From: Deltaproteobacteria bacterium
GTDB lineage: Bacteria > Myxococcota > JACRCW01
Direction of reading: 5' to 3'
Assembly: GCA_016218805.1 (NCBI GenBank)
Contig: JACRCW010000157.1
Coordinates: 1 to 64,000, forward strand
Length of the DNA stretch: 64,000 nucleotides
Part shown: in pieces, positions 29,652 to 38,153 of the stretch
Layout of the letters: every line of letters begins with the position of its first letter
Numbering within the stretch: the stretch's first letter is position 1
The notes under the pieces: generated by a model
Seen by the model: only the letters and a program-made list of their open reading frames with translations
Database searches by the model: none
What the model was told of the DNA's origin: nothing
Program-made: the position numbers and the translations under genes

Positions 29652-30628
29652 AGCGGTTCCGGGGGCCGGTGCTGGCGGCGGGAGGGTTTGCCGCGGCGCT
29701 GGCCGGCGGGGCGGCGTTCCTGGTGCAGCCGGTCTGGCCGGGGGAGCGGGCCGGGCCGCCGGTCAACCCGGACCCCGCGCGCCTGGAGCGGGATGTGCGC
29801 GCGCTGGTGGCCATCCCGCCGGGCCGCGGGCAGCTGCAGGTGGACGGCCTGGACCGCGCGGCCGCGTTCATCACGGATGAGCTGCGCGCCGCCGGGCTCG
29901 CCCCGGCGGACCAGCCGTACGTGGTGGAGGCGCGCACCTACCGCAACGTGCGGGCGCGGCTGGGGACGGGGAAGGGCCCGCTGGTGGTGGTGGGTGCGCA
30001 CTATGACACCTGTGAAGCGCTCCCCGGCGCGGACGACAACGCCAGCGGCGTGGCGGGCCTGTTGGAGCTCGCCCGGCTGCTGGTGGTGCACCCGCCGCAA
30101 GCTCCCGTGGAGCTGGTGGCGTGGAGCCTGGAGGAGCCGCCGCACTTCCGGAAGGACAGCATGGGCAGCGCGCACCATGCGGCGTGGCTGGCGGGGCAGG
30201 GCGCAGCGGTGCGCGCAGCGCTGTCCGTGGAGATGATCGGAGTGTTCTCAGACGAGCCGGGCACCCAGCGCTTCCCGTTTGCGGTGCTGGGGCTCCTGTA
30301 TGGGACCACCGCGGACTTTGTGGCCGTGGTGGGGGACACCGGGCAGGTGGGCCTGGTGCGCAAGCTCAAAGGCGCCATGGCCAGCGCCACCACGCTCTCC
30401 GTGCGGTCCATCAATGCGCCGCGGGTGGTGCAGGGGATCGACTTCTCCGACCACCTGAACTTCTGGAAACACGGGTGGCCGGCGGTGATGGTGACGGACA
30501 CCTCGTTCAACCGCTACCCGCACTACCACGAGGCCACGGACACGCCGGAGAAGCTGGACTACCGGCGCATGGCCGAGGTGGTGCGGGGCCTGTTCTCCGG
30601 CGTGCACGCGCTGGCCGCCGCGCCCTGA
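29648..30628 (+). CDS. M28 family metallopeptidase
   Basis: GAHYD, GADDNASGVA, EEPP, SDH, HYHEATDT; GTGA overlap with upstream gene. Confidence 0.92.
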   Translation: MKRFRGPVLAAGGFAAALAGGAAFLVQPVWPGERAGPPVNPDPARLERDVRALVAIPPGRGQLQVDGLDRAAAFITDELRAAGLAPADQPYVVEARTYRNVRARLGTGKGPLVVVGAHYDTCEALPGADDNASGVAGLLELARLLVVHPPQAPVELVAWSLEEPPHFRKDSMGSAHHAAWLAGQGAAVRAALSVEMIGVFSDEPGTQRFPFAVLGLLYGTTADFVAVVGDTGQVGLVRKLKGAMASATTLSVRSINAPRVVQGIDFSDHLNFWKHGWPAVMVTDTSFNRYPHYHEATDTPEKLDYRRMAEVVRGLFSGVHALAAAP

Positions 30629-30630
30629 AC

Positions 30631-31224
30631 TCACGGCAGCCGGCGCACCTGGTCCCAGGCGGAGGGGTGGAGTTGGCGCACGGTGTGCGGGAACGCGGTC
30701 ATGGGCACGTCCTCCGGTGAGGCCAGGAAGGCCAGCGTCTCCGGCGCGCGGTCCTCCAGGTAGCCGGCTTTCTGGTAGCAGCGGCGGCCCGCGGTGTTGT
30801 GCGGCAACACGGACAGGCTGACCCGCGCCAGCGCCAGATCCCGGAAGGCATGCACCAGCGTCATGACGGTGAAGCGCGTGCCCAGGCCCTTGCCCTGCCG
30901 CGCCGTGTCGCCCACCAGGATGGCAAACTCTCCCCGGATGGCATCCAGCCGCCGCAGGTCACAGTCCCCGGCCAGCACGTTGTCCACAAACAGCACGTAC
31001 GGCCGCCCGCCGCCGTGCCGCATCTCCGCGTACATCTCCTCCACGTCCTCCGTCGTCATGTCGGAGGAGTTGCCCATCAGCGCGCGGTTGTGCGGGTGGT
31101 TGTACCAGCGCGCCAGCTGGCTGGCGTGTTCCGCCACCAGATGCTTGGTGGCGGAGCGGACCTCCAGGACCATCCGGTCAACTTCCCAACGGAGCGTGAC
31201 GTCGTGCACCGGCCCATCTTCCAC
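30631..31224 (-). CDS. GNAT family N-acetyltransferase
   Basis: RQGKGLGT acetyl-CoA motif, NTAGRRCYQKAGY. Confidence 0.85.
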   Translation of the reverse strand: MEDGPVHDVTLRWEVDRMVLEVRSATKHLVAEHASQLARWYNHPHNRALMGNSSDMTTEDVEEMYAEMRHGGGRPYVLFVDNVLAGDCDLRRLDAIRGEFAILVGDTARQGKGLGTRFTVMTLVHAFRDLALARVSLSVLPHNTAGRRCYQKAGYLEDRAPETLAFLASPEDVPMTAFPHTVRQLHPSAWDQVRRLP

Positions 31225-31261
31225 GCGCGGAGGCCCGGAGGGAAGGGCCCCGGAAACACCG

Positions 31262-31301
31262 CGCGCCCCGGCCGGTCCACCGGGGACCGACGCGGGGCGC
31301 G
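31262..31301 (-). terminator. GC-rich hairpin, probable terminator of the 31332-32675 gene
   Basis: CGCGCCCCG...CGGTCC...GGACCG...CGGGGCGCG nested inverted repeat about 30 nt past the stop; only a weak U tract. Confidence 0.45.
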
Positions 31302-31331
31302 GGGACTGCGATTTGAACCGCCCGTCCGACG

Positions 31332-32675
31332 TCAGGACCGCAGGTTGCGGACCGGCGTCATCTGCATGTCGTGCATGGTCTTGATCATGTTGGACAGCAT
31401 CTCGTACAGCTTCTGCAGGTCGCCCATCAGTTTCTGCAGCATCTGCTGCTTCATGGTGTCAGACATCTTGGACGGGTCCATCTTCTGACCCAGGTCCCCG
31501 CCCTCCATCCCGCCACCACCGCCGCCGCCACCACCGCCGGCACCACGCGCCCCGCCGCCGCCCGCGCCGCCCATCACCTGGCTGAGCGCGCCGCTGACCA
31601 TGTTGCCCTTGGCGCCCTTGGCCCCGCCGGCACCCTTGGCGCCCTTGGCCCCGCCTGGCCCCTTGGCGCCCTTGGCGCCGCCCGGCCCCTTGGCCCCACC
31701 CGGTCCCTTGGCGCCGCCCGGGCCCTTGGCGCCACCCGCTCCGCCGGCGCCGCCGCTGGACTGCATGGACTGGTCAAGCTCCTTCACCTTCTTCATGATG
31801 TCGTCTTCCTTCTTCTTGGCGTACTTCATCAGCAGCAGGAAGAGGACATCCTCAAAGCTGGCGTGGGCCAGATCAATTCCCATGCCCTTGGCGAACTCCT
31901 GGCCTTCAGGCCCCACGACGTCACCCCAGCCCCCGGCGCCGCCCGCACCGGACGCGCCGCCGGCCTGCTGCGCCTGCGCCCCGCCGGCGGACTGCGCACC
32001 GCCCGGACCGTTCTTGGCAAAGTCCGCCAGGTTGCCCGCCAGCCGCGCAAACATGCTCTGCAGCGGACCGCCTGCGCCAAACGGCACGGCCAGACCTGCC
32101 AGCGCGCCCGCAATGCCCGCACCGCCGAGCAACCCGTCCCGCAGCGTGTTCTTGAGGATGTCACCGATCATGGATGTGGGCGGGCGGAAGACGGTGAGCT
32201 TCCCGTCATTGCGGCCGTCCGGGATGATCACGCCGCCCAGCGCGCGCTCCATGGCGTTCTTGAGGAGGGGATCCCGCCGGATGGCCTGCTCCATGGAGCG
32301 GCCCACCAGGCCCTTGCCAAACGGGGCTTCGCGCCGGACGCCGCCCATGGGGTTGAAGCCGGGGGGCGCACCCAGAGCCTGGGCCAGCGGCGTGCTCATG
32401 GCCGCGCTGAGCATGTCCCCGGGCCGCGGCGAGAAGAACGCCGGCGGCAGCGCCGTGCCCATGATCTTGGAGAAGTCCTCCACCCCCTTCTGGAACATGT
32501 CCGAAAGGTTGTGGAACATCCCCGCAAAATCACCGGTATCAGCGTCAATCTGCGCGCCGATGGCCGCCGACACGCTGCCAGGAATCCCCAAGCGCTGGAG
32601 CACCTGCGAGGTGTCCATCCCAAGGGAAGCAAAAGGACCGAACTGAGAACCGCCGCCAACGGAGGACACGGACAC
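31332..32675 (-). CDS. Gly-rich protein with collagen-like tract and T3SS filament-like C-terminal helix
   Basis: GAGGAG then GTG at 32675; (Gly-X-Y)16; ends QQMLQKLMGDLQKLYEMLSNMIKTMHDMQMTPVRNLRS. Confidence 0.75.
   Translation of the reverse strand: MSVSSVGGGSQFGPFASLGMDTSQVLQRLGIPGSVSAAIGAQIDADTGDFAGMFHNLSDMFQKGVEDFSKIMGTALPPAFFSPRPGDMLSAAMSTPLAQALGAPPGFNPMGGVRREAPFGKGLVGRSMEQAIRRDPLLKNAMERALGGVIIPDGRNDGKLTVFRPPTSMIGDILKNTLRDGLLGGAGIAGALAGLAVPFGAGGPLQSMFARLAGNLADFAKNGPGGAQSAGGAQAQQAGGASGAGGAGGWGDVVGPEGQEFAKGMGIDLAHASFEDVLFLLLMKYAKKKEDDIMKKVKELDQSMQSSGGAGGAGGAKGPGGAKGPGGAKGPGGAKGAKGPGGAKGAKGAGGAKGAKGNMVSGALSQVMGGAGGGGARGAGGGGGGGGGGMEGGDLGQKMDPSKMSDTMKQQMLQKLMGDLQKLYEMLSNMIKTMHDMQMTPVRNLRS
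31608..31751 (-). repeat. Collagen-like (Gly-X-Y)16 repeat of GAK/GPG/GAG triplets
   Basis: 9-nt units such as GGCGCCAAG and GGGCCAGGC in unbroken triplet register. Confidence 0.9.
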
Positions 32676-32884
32676 GGGGGCAACTCCTCTACCGAGCCAG
32701 GTTGGGCCGGCAAATTTGGGGTTACGAAAGGTTATCCTTGCGCGCAAGATGATCGGTGCGTGAGAGGCATACGTCAACTGGGGGACCCGGGCGCTTGCGC
32801 GTCCTTGACCCACCGGGTCATGAAAGCACCCTTCCGGGTCCCACCCGGGCCCGTGCCGCGGGAGGGGACGGCGAGGTTTCAAGG

Positions 32885-33544
32885 ATGCTCTGGGTTAAGA
32901 AGTCCAAGGAAATCAACGCGGCATTCAAGGCGGCGCTGGAGCCGTTCCTGGCCGCCAGCCTGCCGGAGACGGACGCCGGGCAGGCCGCGTCAGACCTGAT
33001 GCGGGCGCTGCGCTTTGATCTGAGCCGCAGTGCCACGCGGCTGCGGCGCCGGCTCTACGGGATGTTCCGCAGCCCGCTGGTGCTGGTGGAGCTGGTCCGC
33101 CTGGGCGAAGACGGCTGGGGGCTTCGGCCGCCGGAGAAGGAACCGGACACGGTGGGGGACGTGGTGATGGATCCGTTCCGCGTCCTGTCCAACTTCCGCG
33201 TGTGGGGCAGCGCCAACCAGCGCATGTCCGCGCCGGACCGCGTGGTGGCGTTCCGCGTGGTGTTCAACGCGCTGCTCAGCGTGACCAAGTCCGGCCAGGC
33301 GCCCATGACGGACGCGGAAGCCGGCGCGCTGCTGGCCATGCACGCCAATGAAGGCGGCAAGAAGGTGAAGAAGGACGCGGTGTCCCCCGGCATCGTGCGG
33401 CATTTTCCGTCGTGGGGGCTGCAGACGCCTGACGCGGCGGGGATTGAAGCGCTGCTGGCGTCCCTGCAGACACGCGGCTTTGTGAAGCCCATGGAGGACA
33501 AGGCCATGTGGCGGCTTACTGAGGAAGTGCGCGTGGAGTTCTAG
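32885..33544 (+). CDS. Hypothetical protein
   Basis: 219-aa ORF with host codon bias; possible C-terminal winged-helix-like segment. Confidence 0.65.
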   Translation: MLWVKKSKEINAAFKAALEPFLAASLPETDAGQAASDLMRALRFDLSRSATRLRRRLYGMFRSPLVLVELVRLGEDGWGLRPPEKEPDTVGDVVMDPFRVLSNFRVWGSANQRMSAPDRVVAFRVVFNALLSVTKSGQAPMTDAEAGALLAMHANEGGKKVKKDAVSPGIVRHFPSWGLQTPDAAGIEALLASLQTRGFVKPMEDKAMWRLTEEVRVEF

Positions 33545-34440
33545 GCGGGCTCCCGCCGTGGCCAGGCGGACCGCAGCGTGACCGACAGGAGGATGAGGGT
33601 GCCGCCGGCCAGGGCGTTGGTGGACGGCGTTTCGCCCGTGCCCAGCGCAACCCACAGCGGATTGAGGATGGGCTCAATCATGGCCACCAGGTTGCTCTCC
33701 ACCGCGTTGAGCCGAGCGACGCCGGCGGTGAAACACAGGTAGGCGCAGGCGATCTGCAGCGTGCCCAGCGCGACGAGCACCGCCCACGCCGTGGGGGACA
33801 GCTCCGCCGTGCGCAGCATCCACGGCAGCCCGATGCACAACGCCAGCACGTTGCCCAGCACCACCGCCACGACGGGATGGCGGTCCATGGCGAGGGTGGA
33901 ACCCGTCTCAAGCTGCCAGGCGCGCTGGTTGACGCGGATGAGCAGCGTGAGCCCCGCAAACCCCACCCCGGCGACAATGGCGATGAGGTTCCCGGTGAGC
34001 CCGCCGGGCGTGAGCTGCTCGCCGAAGAACCACGCCATGCCGCCCAGGCACCCCGCGGTGGCCAGCCAGTCGCGCAGGCGCACGTGTTCCCCCAGCAGGG
34101 GGCCGGACAGCAGCGCCACCCACACGGGTGCCGTGTACTGCAGCAGGATGGTGTTGGCCGCCGTGGTGAGCTTGTTGGCCATCACAAAGCACACCACGAT
34201 GACCGCGTAGCTGGCGGCGGCGCCCCACAGGACGGGACGGCGCAGGCCTTCGCGCAGGGCGGGGAGGGCACCGCCGTGGCGGACCTGCAGGAAGCCGAGC
34301 AGCACGGGCAGCGCGAACAGCGCCCGGAACCCGGAGATGGCCAGCGCTTCCGCGGGGACCAGCTTGATGCCCAGCCCGCCACTGCTCCACAGCAACGCCG
34401 CGGCCAGGACCAGCAGGATTCCCTTGACGCGCACGGACAC
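33541..34440 (-). CDS. DMT/EamA family transporter
   Basis: About 10 hydrophobic segments, LLQYTAPVWV, MIEPILNPLWV. Confidence 0.9.
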   Translation of the reverse strand: MSVRVKGILLVLAAALLWSSGGLGIKLVPAEALAISGFRALFALPVLLGFLQVRHGGALPALREGLRRPVLWGAAASYAVIVVCFVMANKLTTAANTILLQYTAPVWVALLSGPLLGEHVRLRDWLATAGCLGGMAWFFGEQLTPGGLTGNLIAIVAGVGFAGLTLLIRVNQRAWQLETGSTLAMDRHPVVAVVLGNVLALCIGLPWMLRTAELSPTAWAVLVALGTLQIACAYLCFTAGVARLNAVESNLVAMIEPILNPLWVALGTGETPSTNALAGGTLILLSVTLRSAWPRREPA

Positions 34441-34481
34441 GGGGCGCGCGCCTTACGTCCCGCTGATGCGGCGGGCAACGC

Positions 34482-35876
34482 TCAGCCGGAGACGCGCTCG
34501 ATACGGGCGCCCAGGCGGCGCAGCTTCTCATCCACGCGGTGGTAACCGCGGTCCACGTGGTGTACGTGGTGGATCACGCTGCGGCCCCGCGCGCACAGCG
34601 CCGCCACCACCAGCGCCATCCCGGCACGCACGTCCGGGGATTCCAACACCGCGCCGTGCAGCGGGGTGGGGCCCGTGACCACCACCCGGTGCGGATCACA
34701 CAGCGTGATGCGCGCACCCATGGCCACCAGGCTGTCCGTGAAGAACATCCGCCCCTCGTACATCTTCTCAAAGAACAGAATGGATCCCTTGCACTGCGTG
34801 GCCAGCGTGATGACCACGCTCATCATGTCGGTGGGGAACGCGGGCCAGGGCCCGTCGTCAATACGCGGCATCCCGTCAAACAGGTCCGGCCGGATCCGCA
34901 GGTCCTGCCTGCCGCGCACGTGCACGCGGTCCCCCTCCGTCTCAAAGCTCACGCCCAGCCGCTCGTAAACCACGCGCGTGGAACGCAGATCCTCAGGGCG
35001 CGTGCCCTCCAGCGTGAGTTCGCCGCCGGTGGCCGCGGCCAGGCCCATGAAGCTGCCCGCCTCCAGCGCGTCCGGGCCCACGCGGTGCGTCCCGCCCCAC
35101 AGGCTCTTGACGCCCTCAACGGTGAGCGTGTTGGTGCCCACGCCGTCAATGCGCGCGCCCATGCGGGTGAGCATCCGGCACAGGCCGGCGACGTGCGGCT
35201 CGCAGGCGGCGTTGCGCAGCACCGTGCGCCCGCGCGCCAGCACCGCCGCCATCACGGCGTTCTCCGTGGCGGTGACCGAAGGCTCGTCCAGGAAGATGTC
35301 CGCGCCGCACAGACCGGGGGTGGACAGGCGCAGCGTTTCGTCCAGCGCCACGGAGGCGCCCAGCGCCCCCAGCGCCAGCACGTGCGTGTCCAACCGCCGC
35401 CGGCCGATCACGTCCCCACCCGGCGGTCCCAGCTCCACGCGGCCCGCCCGCGCCAGCAGCGGCCCCAGCAGCAGCACGGAGGCCCGCAGCCGCCGCGCCA
35501 GCACCTCCGGCACCACCGTGGTGCGGATCCGCGCGGCGGTCACCCGCACGCTGTCCTCGGCCAGCCATTCCACGCCGGCGCCCAGCGCCGCCAGGATGGC
35601 GCACAGCACGTCCACGTCACGGATCCGCGGCACGTTCTCCAGCGTCACCGGCTGATCCGTCAGCAGCGTGGCGCACAGCGCGGGCAGCGCTTCGTTCTTG
35701 GATCCGGACACGCGCACCGTCCCGCCCAGCGGCACGCCGCCGTCAATGATGAAACTGTCTGCCGGCGGCGTGCGGCGGGTTGCCGCGCGGCGGGATGGCA
35801 GGGGGCGCGGCGGCGGCGGGGCGGCGGGCGCCAGGGTGGGCGGGGCGGGCGGGGACGGCGGGACATCCAGGGGCAT
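34482..35876 (-). CDS. murA: UDP-N-acetylglucosamine 1-carboxyvinyltransferase (Asp-type)
   Basis: SGSKN, LRASVLLLGPLL, PGGDVIGRRRLDTH, SVTATEN, WPAFPTD, IHHVHHVDRGY. Confidence 0.95.
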   Translation of the reverse strand: MPLDVPPSPPAPPTLAPAAPPPPRPLPSRRAATRRTPPADSFIIDGGVPLGGTVRVSGSKNEALPALCATLLTDQPVTLENVPRIRDVDVLCAILAALGAGVEWLAEDSVRVTAARIRTTVVPEVLARRLRASVLLLGPLLARAGRVELGPPGGDVIGRRRLDTHVLALGALGASVALDETLRLSTPGLCGADIFLDEPSVTATENAVMAAVLARGRTVLRNAACEPHVAGLCRMLTRMGARIDGVGTNTLTVEGVKSLWGGTHRVGPDALEAGSFMGLAAATGGELTLEGTRPEDLRSTRVVYERLGVSFETEGDRVHVRGRQDLRIRPDLFDGMPRIDDGPWPAFPTDMMSVVITLATQCKGSILFFEKMYEGRMFFTDSLVAMGARITLCDPHRVVVTGPTPLHGAVLESPDVRAGMALVVAALCARGRSVIHHVHHVDRGYHRVDEKLRRLGARIERVSG

Positions 35877-36151
35877 GGGCGTTTCCTCCGACGGGACGGA
35901 GAGCAACCCGCGCGCCACCGCGGGCGGGCCCCGGGTGCGCGCGCCGCCGGCCTTTCTGCAGAACGCAGCGGGTGTCCCTCACAACGCGTACGTGCACCGC
36001 GTTGCTAGAGGATCACTTGAAGGTTGCGCGGATTCCGGTGTGATCAACCCCGACGACAAAATCACCGCGTTCCAACGCGGAGAAACGACATTGTCCCGAA
36101 AAGACCTTTGACCGGGGGGGGCGCAGGTCTGTACGGTCACCAACCCACGGA

Positions 36152-36841
36152 GTGGTGATGCGACAGCGCAGCCCTCGGCAATCCAAGCGATGCGACCGGG
36201 ACAGCCTCCCGCTGCTGCGCACGAGCGCGGACCGCGCAGCGGTGCAGGTGGTGGCGCTGTTGGCGCCGGACGGCGCGCCGGTCACGTGGCGGCGGCAGCT
36301 CAAGTTGGGAACGGCATCACGGCGCGCGGCGGCATGCGTGGCGCTGGGGACGCGGATGCGCGGGCGCTCGGCGCTGCTGCTGGCGTCCATCCTCCGGCGG
36401 GACCTGGACGCGTGGGTGCGCGAACAGGCGGCCTGGACGCTGGGCATGGTGGGCGGGACCGCCGCCTGGCGGGCCGTGGGGCGCGCCCTGCACACGGAGG
36501 CGGCGCCGGCGGTGCGCGCGGCACTGTGGGCCGCGGCGGCGCGCCTGGGGCCGCTGGGTGAGGAACTGGAGGCGCTGGCACTGGCGGCGGTCGTTTCGGG
36601 CGAGCCCATGGAGGCTGTGGCCGCCACCACCGCCCTGCGCGCGTGCGCCCCGGCGCGCCTGCTCCAGGTGGGACACGTCCTGTCGCTGCACCGCGTGGCG
36701 GACGTGCGGCGGGCGGCGGTGGCCGCCTGGGAAGGGCTGGAGGGAGCGCAGGCTGCCTGGGCGTCCTTCAGCGCGGACCCGGATGCCTCCGTCTCCGCGC
36801 TGGCGCACGCCTACCAGCGGCACGCTGCCGCGGCCGGCTGA
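36152..36841 (+). CDS. HEAT-repeat-like hypothetical protein
   Basis: DAWVREQAAWTLG, PAVRAAL, ADVRRAAV, DPDASVSALA. Confidence 0.55.
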   Translation: MVMRQRSPRQSKRCDRDSLPLLRTSADRAAVQVVALLAPDGAPVTWRRQLKLGTASRRAAACVALGTRMRGRSALLLASILRRDLDAWVREQAAWTLGMVGGTAAWRAVGRALHTEAAPAVRAALWAAAARLGPLGEELEALALAAVVSGEPMEAVAATTALRACAPARLLQVGHVLSLHRVADVRRAAVAAWEGLEGAQAAWASFSADPDASVSALAHAYQRHAAAAG

Positions 36842-36881
36842 GAACCCGGGACCGTCTGCCACTGATGACGGCGGGCCGGCG

Positions 36882-38081
36882 TCAGGGCACCTGGCAGGCG
36901 CGCGCGGCGCCGCCGTTTTTTTCGTAGAACGTGCCGCACACGTGCCGCGCGCTGAACGCCGCGCAGTCCTTGTCCTCCTGGCAGGTCACCGCACACATGC
37001 CGCCCGCCACGTCCACGCACGTGGCCGCCGCGGGGCAGTCCGCCGTGGTGTTGCACGCCAGCGTGCACATGCCGCCGCCAAAGTCCTTCTGGGTGGAGCA
37101 CAGGCCAATGCAGTCCTCGTCACTCACGCAGGACCCGCCCACCACGCTGCTGCGCGAGCCGGCGGTGGCCTTGCCGACGGCCGGCTTGGCCCCCTTTCCC
37201 TTCCCCTTGCCGCCGCCCTTGCGTGCCGTGGCGTCCGTGGCCGCCGCGCCCGTGCCCGCATCATCATCATGTGCGTCATCCGCGGGCCTGGCGCGCGGGG
37301 GCGCGGACGGTCTGGGCTTGCCGTCCTGCTCATTGAGCACCAGCAGCTGCTGGCCGGTCATGGTGTCAATGTGGATGGCGTCCGTGTCCCGCGGCTCTCC
37401 CAGCCGGTGGTAGACAAACCCCGTGAGCACGGGACCCACCAGCGCCGTGGTGACCAGCCCCAGTCCCCAGATGACCGACAGCCCGACGGAGGCCATGGCG
37501 CTGAAGGGGTTGAGGTACCAGGACGTGGGGAGCAGGTACATCCGGTACCAATGCCGCGTGGGTTCGGTGGTCCAGTTGTAGTACCCGGCCACGGCCAACA
37601 GCGGCAGCATCAGCCCCGCTGAGACGAGGAAGGTGATCACCACGCCGCCAGCGCCGGTGGCCGCGGCGACAACCAGTGGGAGCACAAACCCGGAGCGCGT
37701 GTCCGAGAAGGCGGCCAGCAGGCCCCAGGTGACGGCGCCGCCGAGCGCCACCATCAGCGCCCCCCACCCGATGGTGACCAGGACAAAGGGCAAGCCCCAC
37801 GGGCCCAGCGTGGGGATCCAGAACAACGGCAGCACCAGCAGCAGCAGCGGCAGGATGGTGCCGGCGGCGCCGGCCACCGCCCATCCCCAGTGGCTGCGGA
37901 GGACCGCCAACGCGGGCGCCGGGTCAGGTTGGGCGGGAGCGCCCTTGTCCGCGGCGGCCGCGGTGGCCGCCGGTTTGGCTGGGGGTGGTTCGGCCGCGGC
38001 CGGCGCCGCAGCGCCCAGCACGCCCGCCAGCACCAGCCCCCCGAACGCCCGTCGGCAGACCCAGCCCAGACCGTTCACCAT
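36882..38081 (-). CDS. Membrane protein with C-terminal Cys-rich domain
   Basis: Signal peptide, about four hydrophobic segments, terminal GGSCVSDEDC...GGMCTLAC repeats. Confidence 0.7.
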   Translation of the reverse strand: MVNGLGWVCRRAFGGLVLAGVLGAAAPAAAEPPPAKPAATAAAADKGAPAQPDPAPALAVLRSHWGWAVAGAAGTILPLLLLVLPLFWIPTLGPWGLPFVLVTIGWGALMVALGGAVTWGLLAAFSDTRSGFVLPLVVAAATGAGGVVITFLVSAGLMLPLLAVAGYYNWTTEPTRHWYRMYLLPTSWYLNPFSAMASVGLSVIWGLGLVTTALVGPVLTGFVYHRLGEPRDTDAIHIDTMTGQQLLVLNEQDGKPRPSAPPRARPADDAHDDDAGTGAAATDATARKGGGKGKGKGAKPAVGKATAGSRSSVVGGSCVSDEDCIGLCSTQKDFGGGMCTLACNTTADCPAAATCVDVAGGMCAVTCQEDKDCAAFSARHVCGTFYEKNGGAARACQVP

Positions 38082-38153
38082 GGCGACGTCTCCCCGTCCT
38101 AAGACCGTCCTTGATTACGCCAGAACGCTCCGGCTGGCTCGCTTTTTTCGCCG

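Noticed and set aside
36040..36150. Possible c-di-GMP or other riboswitch
   Set aside because: Conserved core motifs were not found on either strand; kept only as a low-interest structured region.
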